A DNA stretch of 64,000 bases from Eledone cirrhosa (GCA_964016885.1 OZ024742.1:152148001-152212000), one strand, 5' to 3'; counted from the stretch's first letter, positions 40,611 through 54,585 are shown. A program made the numbers and translations. The notes: generated from the sequence alone by a model not told the origin.

Positions 40611-43593
40611 ATCAATTGATGTTCAGGATACATACGTACATACCTACATATATGCATACATACATACGTGTATCTATACATACACAAGCACGCCCGCACA
40701 CATACACACACACTCACATATATATATGTACATATACGTATTCACATACCTACATATATATAATCAAACAAGCACACACATACACCCACCCATGTGCGTA
40801 CATATACACACAAGCACAATTTCGCATCTATATTATGTGTATATACGTATTTACTATTTGTAATAATTGCTTTATGAAAAATTTTAATGGAAATTGCTTT
40901 TGAATTAAACCATTTTATTAATTTATTAATATTGAATTCATTTCCAGTATCTCTTATTTCGTTTCTGATATATTATTTCTTTTCATCTTAATATCTAAAC
41001 CGCTATACGCATTTTGAGTGAATTTTAAAAGTACAAAGTAACTTCACAATTCAATTGTTATTTTAAAAGAACGTTGAGAATATTTCGACTTTATATTGTT
41101 AAATATTAATTTATTTAATGTTTGAATTCATATTTCGATCATAATATTGTAATATCGAATTTTGGCAGTTTTTGCATGAAACAATCGAGTTTTTGTTAAT
41201 CTGCTGAGACTCCACTCAATGCAGACGGAAAACGTAAGGCATTACGTAAGGTATGGTGAATTGGGCAGTCTTGTGACTTTAAAGTTCGAGGAATCAATGC
41301 TATTAATTTATCTGTCCAACATTCGAATCAACAAAAGCAATCAATAAACCAGTTAGTCAATCAATCAGTCAGCCAATATAATACTCAATCAATATTTACA
41401 CACATCATATATTTACAATAGGAAGGGATAATTTTTTGATCAATCAGTGGTACCCAAATTGTTAATGCCTTTGAGAAGAAATTTTTATAATGACGCCTTT
41501 AGAAACAAAGGGGCCATATAGCATGTGGTTTTGTTACAGTTGTAATTTTAGCGGAGTGACTCTTTGTTGGAAAAACCTTGGTTGCTGTCAAGTATATTTG
41601 TCTAATATATGCTAATTCTGCTTTGTAAATAGTCAGCAGATGATATGTTCAAAGATAATATATTTGTTGGCCATAAGTACTTAGCTATGTTATAGCTGTT
41701 TGTACATACAAAAATCATTTGAGATTGTCAATCATAGAAAGTTTAAAGTAAACCTTTTCGTTATTCTGACTTACAGAAAGTATATTCATCTTTTAAGAGT
41801 AAGAAAGGGAGAATTTGCGACGCATCTGATCTAAGTTGATATACAAAATGTGTATGTGTATTAATATATTAAACATATACAACTCCTAGGAAACATTTTT
41901 TCCTTTCGTTCCTCCCCCCCTTGTTTGTTCGTTTGTGTGTTTCTTTTCTTTTATTTTTCGTCTCTTCCTCTACAAATTCTTCAGAAACCCATCCTTTATA
42001 CCCCTCACTAGGGACCCCTTTGAATTATGTTGATACGTATATTTGTTTTTATATTTTTATTATTGCTTTAATCTGCAAACCTTAAAAATAATTTAATCTC
42101 TTGGCACAATGGGTACACATGCACACACATAATCCCCCCTCCCACCACACAAACCACAAGTCAAAGCAAAAGAATAATTCTATAATCATTCTTAGCTTTT
42201 TTAGCTACTTTCACAGACCATGTACACAACCTGACCTTTGACGCAAATGTTAAACACAATTGAACAACACCTAAATACTCGCACTAAAACACACACATCA
42301 AAAATGCCACCTGGAACATGATTATGAATAGTAAAAGAACTTTCTATTTTAACCAATTGCATTCATTTGAATCCACTTCTGATGAACCTCGCTTCCATCT
42401 TCACCACCGCACCTTCATATAAAAAGCGATTTTGACAAAATATATTATCATACATTCAAACTGCTCACAGAATATATTAAAAAAATAATTAAAAATAATT
42501 ATTATTTAATATTTGATAAGATCGAATACCAATCGAATTTTTCACAATAATTGAATCTACTTAATGTAAGAATTATAAAATTATACGCCGCGTTGTAATA
42601 GGGTGCCACTAATAATTTCGTCCTTTCTGATAAAAGTAATAACATTTACGAATTCAATTATACTACATACAGCAACTTGGTACAACACGCTATAACTTCT
42701 AAGTATATATATATAGCCTGTTTGCGTACATGCATATCTACATACAGCATGCATGCGTACATGCATACACACACACTCTCACATACATATATATAATTGT
42801 GAGTGCCGTTGTGGAGGTGTTAGACACCCGGGGATTTGTCACTGTGACGTGTTTTTGCCAGTTGAACAAGATTTACCTCAACGATCCCTCCAGCACACTC
42901 CAAAGTACCGTATTAAGAACAGCACCCCACTCCTTCTCTACATATGTACGAGTTCCTTTTCACGTAATCCAAAGGAAACCAATATATAGGAATCTACCAT
43001 ATATAGATGTAGGAAATATTTCAACTTACAAGCCCTAACGTTATTGACTGAATTAAAAATAATTATTTTCAGTTTGTTTTCTTTCTATTTTCAGAATTCG
43101 TTAAATAGGTTACAATTTCTTATAAACTATTTAATAAACTGCCACTCTGAAGGGGTTAGCTGTTCTTCGGAAAAGGTCATTACACGACTTGCGAATTTAC
43201 CGTTGTTTAAACGGAACCGTGTAGGATTTCTAATAACGTTAAATGTTTTCAGCAAATATTTCTGAAAAGAAGTTTTGCAACACAACAGGAATTGTATTGT
43301 GGTCATTTCTTTATTTAGAAGAAGTAAATGAAGGGGAAATAATAATAATAGAAAAAATGAAAACAAATTGAGAATAAGCTGAGTTGAACGCAATCTGCTC
43401 TCACTGAAAGCAAATAACGATTAAGCTATTGGAAAAAGCTTAAAAATAAAAGTAAACGATATATAAAAAGATAATTTTATGATGTGTAATTAACTGAATT
43501 CTTCTCAGATGTGAGTTTCCATTTATTGATAAAGTTCCTATAATAATATAGAAAATATATTATCTTTTCTGTATTTCTTTAAAGTACAATAAC

Positions 43594-43635
<42 letters not shown>

Positions 43636-43668
43636 GTATACATATATGTCTGTATTTATATGCATGTA

Positions 43669-43744
<76 letters not shown>

Positions 43745-43794
43745 CACAGACACACACATTATATATATATATACATAAACTGACACACACATAT

Positions 43795-43835
<41 letters not shown>

Positions 43836-44139
43836 ATACATTTTATTCCACTTATAAACGAAACACTTGGAAATTTCCATTGTTGAGAAATAAACATGTG
43901 TTGTTTGAATAAAAACGTGTAGTTTTTAAACGTTGATTTAATCATAGAAATTTTGTATGTGACGTTGAAAAGGTCTTTATTTCCATGGAGATAATCTAAA
44001 CAATGAGTTATATTTCGAAACGTGGAAAATACGAGAATATATAAATTAATGAATAGAGTTAAACAAAAATATAAAGGCAAAAATATACCAAATGTATTAA
44101 ATGCAAATGGAAAGAATAGAAACATTGATATATATATAT

Positions 44140-44230
<91 letters not shown>

Positions 44231-44615
44231 AGGGGTTAGGGGAGGGACGGATAGAAAAAGTAATTTGCTCTGTAAATTTGATTCGAGAAAAACATACTAC
44301 GCGCACGGCAAAATAACTTATGTACCCTAGGTATTTAGAAATATGTGTGATGTCATTCCTTTACTTGGCAATATCTTCGCCTATCTCGTCTACAGTCTGT
44401 TGAGCTGAGATATAGCGCCTTGCTTCCTTTATATTGTGCAAGATATTTTTCTGTTTCGGACATTCTAAATTATAATTTATATTACATTACTACAATCATA
44501 GAGAAGGAATACAGACGATTAAATCGACTCAAGTACTTGACTGGTATTTATGAAAAAAATTTTGAAAAATATAAACACTCGACAAATTTAAATTTAAAAT
44601 GAAAAAGGAAATGAT

Positions 44616-44803
44616 AATTGTTTCTACTTTAGGCACAAGGCCAGCAATTACCCAGTACATTACTGGTACTTTATTTTATCGACCCCGTAAGGATGAAAGG
44701 CAAAGTTAACCTCGGCGGGATTTGAACTCAGACTGTAAAGGGACGTAACTATGCTGGAAAGCATGGCGTCCAACCCTCTACCGATACTGCCAATTCACCG
44801 CCC
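44616..44803 (-). mobile_element. SINE (family A), young copy
   Basis: Highly similar to 18525-18706. Confidence 0.9.
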
Positions 44804-45153
44804 TTGATAATGATAGCAATAATAATAATTCCGTACACGACCAGAGATATTTGTGGTTGGAGATGGTGGATTACATCTGCCCAGTATTTGGCAGGACCTA
44901 TATTTACAACTTAATTGAAGATAAATGTAATGTGTGTCGAACCCTATGTATATATATATATATATGTATATATATAGGAAAACAGTTTAACCGCGACGGC
45001 AGAGTTCAAGCCGTTTCGACGGGTATTTCTGGACTCTCTACCCTAAGTATTGAGTACTCTGGTGCGTTATGGTCCATCTGGTTCATTACCACACCTCCTT
45101 CTATATATATATATTTGGATTCTGTCGATCGATTGGTTATTGATTAGGCGATA

Positions 45154-45263
45154 CCCACTGATGAAGCCGCATAAGCCGATTGTGCATTGTTGCATAATAT
45201 ATGCAGACATATGGTGCAGTGAACCTTACTGCTGCATTAGTGCGGCAGAAACTCGAGTCCGGA
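45154..45263 (+). ncRNA. HHR with long stem-II insertion
   Basis: CCCA-CUGAUGA-AGCCGCA...UGCGGCA-GAAAC UCGA GUC-CGG. Confidence 0.65.
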
Positions 45264-45409
45264 AACCTTATAGGCACGTGTGTTGTGTTTGTGTTGAGGC
45301 AAATAACTATGTGTATACTCTGGTAATGTATCTTACATTGCCCATTGAGTGCGCTGAGATACAACCAGTACTGGCATTGATAAATATGGTGGGTCCGTCA
45401 ACCCTTATT

Positions 45410-45496
<87 letters not shown>

Positions 45497-45507
45497 TATT
45501 TGTGTAT

Positions 45508-45742
45508 AGTGGTAGCTATGGTGCTTCCGTAGGCGGCATGCCAAAATTAGCACTCGATATTCATCAGAGTAGAGTGTAGATATTATAAAGAAAACGAAAA
45601 ATCAGTGATGCATCTGGACTTAGTTTATTTCGTATTACAAATGTTTCGCCAGCATGTAACTCGAGTCATGGTCCTTATATGGATCTGGCTGATTCTACTT
45701 CTCCGGGTTCTTTCAGACACGGGTGTTATGTCCGGAGCAAAT
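45508..45742 (-). mobile_element. pLTR-like fragment of the family at 28010-29965, with HHR-like motif 45631-45721
   Basis: Shares tggtagcta.g.t.cttcc.taggc, agcactc and aaaacgaaaaatc.gtgat.catctg.act. Confidence 0.75.
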
Positions 45743-46484
45743 TTATATATCTATATAGATACACACGCTCATACACACGCATATATACATACACACATAC
45801 ATTCACATACATACATATATACGCACATGTGCACACACACATACACACACACCTAGGATTTTTTTCATTCTGATGAATGAAAGTAAATATCGTTTGCTTT
45901 CAAGAAACCACTGGTACATGAAATAATTATCTTATGTTGTTCATTACATAACTATATGTATATATATACATATATATACATACACACATAGATACATACA
46001 CACATATATATACACAAACGTAAACTCACACGTGTCCACACACACATACGGACAAATACGTACATAAACATTGTCTACACATGTACATACACACACACAC
46101 ATATATATATATATTTTTTTTTTTTATATAAGTATATATATATATATATACATATATACACACAAAAGAAAAAGGGACAACTTAGCAGGCATACGCACAT
46201 CCACACATATACATACAAATACCCACGCATAGGCCGAACTACATACATCTACACATGCGTACGCATACATATTGCCGCATAGATACACCTGCACGCATGC
46301 ACTTCCGCCTACACATACGGAAGTGCCACCACATATACATGTATAAACACACCTGTAAGTGAACAGTTGAAAATACATTATGCAATAAAAAACAGTATAA
46401 CATAAAACTGTATATTAACATAAACAGTATAATAACATAAGGAAAATATACAATGAAATATAATATACAATTTGGTATACATAT

Positions 46485-46555
<71 letters not shown>

Positions 46556-46993
46556 TCCCCCTATTATACATATATACACACACACACATATATACGCACC
46601 TACGTATATATATATACACGCACACAGACGCACACGTACACAGACTCATACGTATATATACGCATATATACGGGTATTTATAGAGGATATGTGATAAAAT
46701 AATACAAGAATAATAATTATAATGAAAAAAAACATATATAGTCCATATATCAACACCGCACACATTCCCAAGAGATGCACATAAACGCATACATGTATGC
46801 ACAAATACATATGCACACATATAGAGGCCTGTAAATGCATGCACCTGCACCCACACATCCACATATATACACACATACACATCCACATATATATACGCAC
46901 ACTTACCCGCCCGCACACACACACACACCTACACATATGTGGCTATACGTACTTACTCACTCATACACATATAGACATATATATATATATATA

Positions 46994-47660
46994 ATAAGGG
47001 CGCTGCGGAGTTGCAATTGGGTTACATATGAAAAAAGTTTGTCCTTCATCAGTGATCTTCCAACTATCATAGGCATTTCATCGCTTTAAAGACCATATAC
47101 CTCCGGTTGGTGCGAGTAACGGCTAAAAAAAGTCGCTGGGACACGTAAATAAAGGGGACGCGAGAGTAAACAAACAAAAATGGTGAGGCAACAGAAAGTG
47201 AGGAAGAAGGAGACAAGTCCCAGATTTCTATGAATTTAAGTTCGGTGAAATCGTGAACGAGAGAATAAAGACCATCAAACATGGTTGAAATGTGAGCAAG
47301 GAAGGAATTTCGCACAGGTCTAACGGGAGGAAAAAGGGGTCTGGTCTGCGAATTCGGTAAACATAAGTTCTGTGAAATCGTAGACGAGAGAGAAAAAATT
47401 CCGACCAGCTTGGCCGAGAATGTGAGAGAAAAGAGTTACTCACAGGTCAAACGGGAAGAAAGAGGAGGAGGAGGAGAGGTAGTGACAGAGAATGAGTGAG
47501 TGAAGGGTGAGGTGAGGAAGAGGCTAACAGAGAGAGAGACTGCTAGAAAGGGTAAAGATACATAGAACGAAAAAGACGGTGTAGCAGCAGAGGAAAAAAT
47601 ATGTGTAAATATGATAAGGGCGCTGCGGAGTTGCAAATGGGTTACATATGAAAAAAGTTT
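46994..47660 (-). mobile_element. Non-coding element with 47-bp terminal direct repeats (period 620) between (TA)n tracts
   Basis: ataagggcgctgcggagttgcaa.tgggttacatatgaaaaaagttt at 46994-47040 and 47614-47660. Confidence 0.75.
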
Positions 47661-47830
47661 ATATATATATATTAATATATTTGATAAACACAAATACCAA
47701 CATATCCGTGTTTGCATTGTAAACGACTAAAGTTAGCTAGATTGAAAAATACTAATTATAATAATACAGTTTGCCTGTCTCGATTTAAAATAATAAATCA
47801 ATAAAAACAAAGCATATTGGCAAATGGCCG

Positions 47831-47963
47831 TGGTGCTTGGACACATTTAAATTTCAAAATCAAACCTGTTCCGTAGACAGGTTTAAACCTTAAAATCCAA
47901 ATATGTTTCGAAAAATGAAAAAAGTGGAAGAATACCGCATTTCTATCTCCTCAGCAAGCACCA
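47831..47963 (-). ncRNA. Type I hammerhead ribozyme with long stems (copy 1)
   Basis: UGGUGCUUG-CUGAGGA-GA(UA)GAAAUG..CAUUUUUC-GAAA-CAUAUUU..AAACCUGU CUACGGA ACAGGUUU..AAAUGUG-UC-CAAGCACCA. Stem I 9 bp. Confidence 0.85.
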
Positions 47964-48362
47964 GAAAAATGTGTATGTTCCACTTCAAAATATTTAATAA
48001 GACTGTTTAACGCACATGGTTTTTCACATACGGTTATCCAGTGTCTAGCTTCCCCATACTCGTGCTGCTAGAAATAACAGCCGTTTATATGGGGCTAAAT
48101 TTAGCTCTACGTAAGGAGCAGTGATACTATTAATAATGAGTTCAAACCTCAGGCAGTCCTTTACAATGAAATAGCTCAAATAAATATTTCCGAGCCGTGT
48201 AAATTAATATATTTGATAAACACAAATACCAACATATCCGTGTTTGCATTGTAAACGACTAAAGTTAGCTAGATTGAAAAATACTAATTATAATAATACA
48301 GTTTGCCTGTCTCGATTTAAAATAATAAATCAATAAAAACAAAGCATATTGGCAAATGGCCG

Positions 48363-48496
48363 TGGTGCTTGGACAAATTTAAATTTCAAAATCAAACCTG
48401 TTCCGTAGACAGGTTTAAACCTTAAAATCCAAATATGTTTCGAAAAATGAAAAAAAATGGAGGAATACCGCATTTCTATCTCGTCAGCAAGCACCA
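48363..48496 (-). ncRNA. Type I hammerhead ribozyme with long stems (copy 2)
   Basis: Same fold as copy 1, with core CUGACGA (differs only at the free N7 position). Confidence 0.85.
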
Positions 48497-49149
48497 GAAA
48501 AATTGGTATGTTCCACTTAAAAATATTTATAAAGACTGTTTAACGCACATGGTTTTTCACATACGGTTATCAAGTGTCTAGCTGCCCTATACTCGTGCTG
48601 CTAGAAATAACAGCCGTTTATATGGGGCTAAATTTAGCTCTACGTAAGGAGCAGTGATACTATTAATAATGAGTTCAAACCTCAGGCAGTCCTTTACAAT
48701 GAAATAGCTCAAAGAAATATTTCATATTTACATATATATATATATATATATACATGTTCATATATAGACATACGTATATATGCTCATATATACGTATACA
48801 TCCCCCCCACACACACATACACCCACATTCTGCCACATATGTATATATATGCACATGTCTGCACACACAGGCGCGTATAAGCTCCTGCACCCACGCACCC
48901 ATGTCCATACACACACCCCACCCACCCACGCATATATATATATATACACATACATACGTATCTACACACACACACAAGCACATATACCCAAACACATGTC
49001 CACACATAAAAAAACTCGTGAACCTAAACACAATATGATAATAAAATAAAATACGTAAATAAATTTACAATATTTTAGGGTACATTAAATCTGTAATTAA
49101 CTGCATAAATAGGTACAGGAAAAGGAGGGGTAGAATAAAGGAACGGGTA

Positions 49150-49283
49150 AAAGAAAAAAGAGAAAAGAAAAAGAAAAAAAGAAAAAGAAAAAAGAAAAAA
49201 GAAAAAAGAAAAAAGAAAAAAGAAAAAAGAAAAAAGAAAAAAGAAAAAAGAAAAAAGAAAAAAGAAAAAAAACGAAAAAAAAA
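49150..49283 (+). repeat. (GAAAAAA)n microsatellite
   Basis: Direct reading. Confidence 0.9.
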
Positions 49284-49399
49284 CGGGGTGGAGGTATGGG
49301 ATAAGGTGCGTGCGTCCATGTGACATATTACACACAGGCATTATGAGATACAAGCTCGTGTCCGTGTATAGAACAAGTAACAGTAACAAAACAATGATA

Positions 49400-51255
49400 T
49401 AACAATATTAACAATCATTTTTCCAAAGTGGAACAGGTGTAGAGTCGCGATTGACGGTGTACACATTCAATGTGACGCCCGCCACGGTAGCCACGGGGCA
49501 TGGCACCTTGTCTGGGGTGTGCTGTTCTAAACGTTTAGTGCACATGTCCGGGCGGCAGCGGGCCCCGTGTCAGCCAGTCCCAGCCCATGCGGTGCATCTT
49601 CCAATGTTGCGTGCCCGGTCACGTGCGCACCCGGTCTACATATGATTGCCCCGCGGCTCGGACGTCGTCATCATGGTACGTCGTCAGGTCCCCTAATCCC
49701 GCTAGGCCAATCGGGTCTGTACGTTCTCATTTTCGTGCCCCCTCGCTCCGTCACCCGGCGGATTCCATGCTGCAAAAGTGCATCTTCTCTGGTGTCTGCA
49801 TGTCATGATAATTTCAGACTTCAGGTTGACGGCGTCATCCTTCAGTCTGACTATCTCCATGGCTTCGTGTATGCACAGTCGGCACTAAGTGTGTTACTAA
49901 GGTCTTACTAAGGTGCAAATGCGTCTTGCCATGTTAAAGGAAATTTTCTTTGTGTATGTGAGGGGTGTGCTGAACGGAAATTCAAGTATTGGTGTGTGTC
50001 TGTTGGTTTGTAAAATAGGTTTGTTTTGATATTTTCCCCTTCTTTAATGATAAGGATGTCCAGAAACGGTAGTTCCTTTTTATTACATTCCATGGTAAAT
50101 ATTATTGCTTCGTGAAGACTGTTAAAGATGGAATGGAATCTCCGCAGGTCTTCTTGGCTTCTATTCCAGAAGATAAAGCAGTCGTCTAGGTAACGTTTCC
50201 CGTTGTGATTAATGTAGGTGGCGAAGTCGTGAATGAATGTTTCCTGCAGCTGGGAATATAATTTTGCCTCCAGGTGACCCACAACGAGTGTTGCATATGT
50301 TGGGGCTACTTTCGTGCCCATGGCCGTCTCTTTTATTTGTAAATACAGTTCGTTATCAAAGAGAAAGTGGTTGTTCTCCAATACTAATTTGAGTCCTTCC
50401 AAAATAAACTTTTTGGCGAATCTCTGTGAAATGTAGTCTGAATATTTTCTAATCCAGAGGTCAACAGCGTCAATTCCTAAGTCATGTGGGATGTTTGTAT
50501 ATAAGCTTGTTACGTCAAAGCTGACTAAGATTTATTCTTGGTGTACTTTCTGGGGGATATAGTTCAGGAATTCCATGTCATCTCTGATGAAGCTTGGCAC
50601 TTTTTTACATAAAGGTTTCAATATGATGTTTAATAAGTTGCTTAGACATTGTGTGCTTGAGGCTGGACCAGCAACAATTGAGCATAATTTGAAATCTGTC
50701 AGTTTTGGTACTTCAACATATGATGCCTTTTATGTTGTTTTGGATTCCTCTGGATTTGTGAAATTTCGCTAATCTTTAAAAATTAGTGGTTTTCATTTCG
50801 AAGTTGGCGAAGTTGGTTAAGTAATTGAATTCCTTTAGTGTGACGTTATTTTAGCACTTTGTCGTCAGTTTGCCTACTTGAATCATCGATTTTCTTTCTT
50901 CGCTTTCGCTGATTTTCCTGTAATAACCTTCGTCATTCAACAGTTGTTGTAGTGGTTATGTTCCACCTGTCAGCTTCTTTCATGGTTATCGAGGAGACGT
51001 TTTGTAGCTTGTTGAGTGCTAGCATTTGGTCTGTAGGAATGTTGCGTTCGTGTTTCGTCGCTGCAATATTTGACTGTGCCGATCGTCGAAAGCAGGTTAT
51101 GTATTCTTCCAGGTGTTTGTCTCTATATGGGGTTTGAAGTTCTTTTTAGTTTTCACTAGTGATTTCTCCTTGTATTCTACACCCTGGGAGAATTTTCCTA
51201 GACGTAATTTTTGACAAAAATCTTCTGTGTCTTTTATAAGGTCGGCTTGATCTGC
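49400..51255 (-). mobile_element. Decayed Penelope-like element (Neptune-like RT) with GC-rich 3' region
   Basis: IVAGPASSTQCLS, VSFDVTSLYTNIPHDLG, QIKETAMGTKVAPTYATL, RYLDD, LPFLDI, FYKPTDTHQYLNFRSAHPSHT. Multiple stops. Confidence 0.85.
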
Positions 51256-51408
51256 TTAAATAAGTTTAAATATTTCGAAGCCCGACAATGCGTGCAAGAA
51301 TAAATGTCCCAAGGAATAGAGAATAAAGAACTGAAAAAAGAGTGAGGTCAGTAAAATGTTATCTTAACAAGTTTATTGTCGGGCTTCTAAATACTTAAAG
51401 TTATTTAC
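51256..51408. repeat. ~35-45-bp inverted repeat abutting the PLE truncation point
   Basis: taaataagtttaaatatttcgaagcccgacaat versus attgtcgggcttctaaatacttaaagttattta. Confidence 0.8.
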
Positions 51409-51491
51409 GTGTGTAAATAATATTCCACAGCGACCAAGCAAACTACAACACTTTGTAAAATATATATATATATTTACACACAACCCCCCCC

Positions 51492-51552
<61 letters not shown>

Positions 51553-51658
51553 GGTGTGTATTTATATATATGTAAAAGGTAAACAGAAATAACAACACAA
51601 TCGGTACAGTATATGGAAGGGATATATTAGGTTAACGCTTGATATAGCAGGAAGAGAG

Positions 51659-51694
51659 TCTTAACGTTTCGGACGCTATTCCTTCATCAGAAGA
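51659..51694 (-). ncRNA. Minimal type I HHR
   Basis: UCUU-CUGAUGA-AGGA AUAGCG UCC-GAAA-CG-UU-AAGA, with palindromic stem III (ACGU). Confidence 0.7.
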
Positions 51695-52581
51695 AAGAAT
51701 GAGAAATGAGATAGATTGAGTGGGCGGGTGGGTTTTAATTGGGAAAAATGTCTTTAGATAAAAATAACAGGTCCATTCATGTTGACATCTCTTGCAAAAC
51801 TGTTGGTGCTGGCGTTTTGTGTATGATTTCTTTTTTTAGAAAAGTGGATGATGGAGCGCGTCTACCTGAAATGGAAAAATAACCATTTTGTAAAAAGAGC
51901 TATACACATAATCTAAAGGTGATGGAATGTAAGCTGAAAGAAATTCCAGAGGGTAAAATTCTCACCTTCATTAATGTACTAGTGAGTCACTGCCCGTAGT
52001 GATATTGCAATTAACATTCTCCATAACGCATGAAGTAAAAATATGTGATCCCAAAATAGCAACAAAGCGTGTAGTGTGGATAGATTTTTTTTAATATTAG
52101 ATTACGTGGTGTTGGATTGGCAGGATCGGTAGATCGTCATGCTTCGTAGCATATAGTTACTGCCATTTACGTTCAAATCCATAATCGTAGGCCCATTGAG
52201 AGATCAAACCTGCTTGAGATATGACAAGAAAATTTAAAGCTCAATGAGGTTCTACAATGCGAACATAGAACAAGATTTCTTGTTAGTAGATACTAGCTAA
52301 ACAACAACAACAAAACGGAATAACAGAGAGCGATGGAGAGAGATGAAACACATTTATAAATAATATATTATTATATCATAATGTTATATATTTGTATTTC
52401 TATAATCGGATTATCAGTCTCCTAAAATAGCTGCAATGGTTCTTCTTTCATTTGATTTTTTTTTTCAAAAGCCTAGGACAAATATTTAATAATGTATTTA
52501 TCGAAAACTTCCATAAGTAGCACATTCATAAACTTGAAAAAAAGTATATGGCTGCAGAATTGTAAAACGAATGGAATTACG

Positions 52582-52631
<50 letters not shown>

Positions 52632-52689
52632 CGTAATTCCATTCATATATGTATGTATTTCTCTGTATATTTATATGTATATATGTATG

Positions 52690-52784
<95 letters not shown>

Positions 52785-52816
52785 ATATATGTATATGTAT
52801 TTTTATACACGTGTCT

Positions 52817-52866
<50 letters not shown>

Positions 52867-53179
52867 GAAATATTACAAAGCAATCATTTTGCTACATCAT
52901 ATTCGAATGAGAGCAATTATATTTCAGATCTATTTTATAACTACTTCATCAATCCATGTTTGGAGACAACTGGACAAACAAATCAGAAATTAATCCTACA
53001 GAAATAGCTGTAGACCAAGATACCTATTACTCATTGCATATTTGCAGAATCATCCGAGAGAGTAGCAGAGAAAACATAACGAAGAAATAGATACGTTTAT
53101 AGACTTCACTGTAATCTTAAAATAAATACTGATGATGATGTCAATGATGTTGGTGATGATAGTGATGTAGATAATGGTG

Positions 53180-53230
<51 letters not shown>

Positions 53231-53283
53231 GCTGCTGCTGCTACTGCTGCTGCTGCTGCTGCTGCTACTACTACTGCTTCTGT

Positions 53284-53329
<46 letters not shown>
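53180..53329 (+). repeat. (TAC)n/(TGC)n trinucleotide repeat
   Basis: Direct reading. Confidence 0.95.
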
Positions 53330-53330
<1 letters not shown>

Positions 53331-53479
53331 ATAATTAAAATGGTTTCGTTATTAACCACTCATGGTTGACATTAAGCAAACAATAAAGATGTCACAGTCC
53401 GATACAATGTTGGTATGTGTGTGTTAAAAACATTATAACAAAAACTAAAAAATTAAACTTTTATACAATCAAACAAAAC

Positions 53480-54400
53480 ACATTCCTCTAAATCAGGAAA
53501 ACTTCCGTGGGTCACTTGTGAAGATAGCCCACAAAAAGCCATGGTCACCTTGACCACTAGGGAAAATACCTTAACCCATGTTCTCCTCTAATCTACAGTC
53601 CAAATCACTCAGTGCAGGCCAGGTCACTCGCACCATGCTCACCATTCTCACCCACCTTTCAACAAACTGGTTCAAAGGCAGCACTTCCCTCTCCACACTG
53701 ATTTTCCACTTTAAGTGAAACTTCGCTGAAGAGGTAATTACTTGCCTCCAACTATTTCAAACAGGAGAACCACGACCTATGTCGCCGTGGTCACCAGGCA
53801 GACAACACGTAAACGAAGGCCTGGCGCTGGACTGAAGGTTTTCCGGAAAAGAGTGGCTAGTTCATCTTAGACGACACCCAAACACACCCGAAAAACGTTG
53901 TCACTTTTATCCTTCAATAAGCTTCAATAAAACGCTAAAGTCGAGCTTCAGCCGGTGGTACTGTCCGATTTGCCGACGCCTGAGAGAGTTTGAATACATT
54001 ACAGTTTTTAAACGCACACTTTCGGTCATCAATTGGCCCAGGACTGCAACTGTGTCAAATATGCTACGGAAACACGCGTCTTACAAACGACGACGACACC
54101 TATTCATTGTCAAAGTAAATCTGGAGATATAGCTGCAACTCATGATTGCGTAACATCAGCCATGGCATTCCCAGTCCTCCACGCAGTAGATGTTGACAGC
54201 AAATGGAACGCCTGATCATTTGTACGCGTAGAGAACTGGGAATCTGCCCATTTTATTGCCAGTTGGCGTAGACATCTTCCAAAAAAATCATCGACCATAT
54301 CTGGCATGTAAGCGCAAAGTATGTAGGTTAGACCATCCAAACCAGGTGATTTAACCATCATACGGTTTGTCAACATCATCTAAATTTCAGCGGCTGCAAA
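53480..54400 (-). mobile_element. L1/Tx1-like LINE fragments
   Basis: KSPGLDGL (RT N-terminus) near 54330-54353, and an ORF2 end FHLKWKISVEREVL..FVERWVR near 53640-53720. Confidence 0.55.
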
Positions 54401-54489
54401 TAAAATATCCATAGGCCCAACTCGTTTGCCTCATGTGATATATGTTTTGCGTGCCCAAACGCTACCCCAGTTGTTTTGGATTTGGCCCT

Positions 54490-54585
54490 CAGCGAAATAA
54501 AGTGCCTTGTTCAAAGAGATAATGCACTGCCGGGAATCAAACTCATGACTTTACGATCACTCTAACTATTAAGCAAAGTGTCTTC
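54490..54585 (-). mobile_element. Decayed SINE family B head
   Basis: gaaataaagtgccttgttcaa..gggaatcaaactca..ttacgat matches 9603-9820. Confidence 0.7.

Larger units (their letters stand above)
47671..48723 (-). mobile_element. Tandem dimer of a 532-bp non-coding unit, each with an HHR (retrozyme-like or tandem pLTR)
   Basis: Units start at 47671 and 48203 and are near-identical. TA-rich flanks. Confidence 0.85.

Noticed and set aside
49520-49610. HHR-like remnant in the GC-rich PLE 3' region
   Set aside because: Stem II (UGCAC/GUGCA) is present, but both core segments are mutated and stem I is absent.
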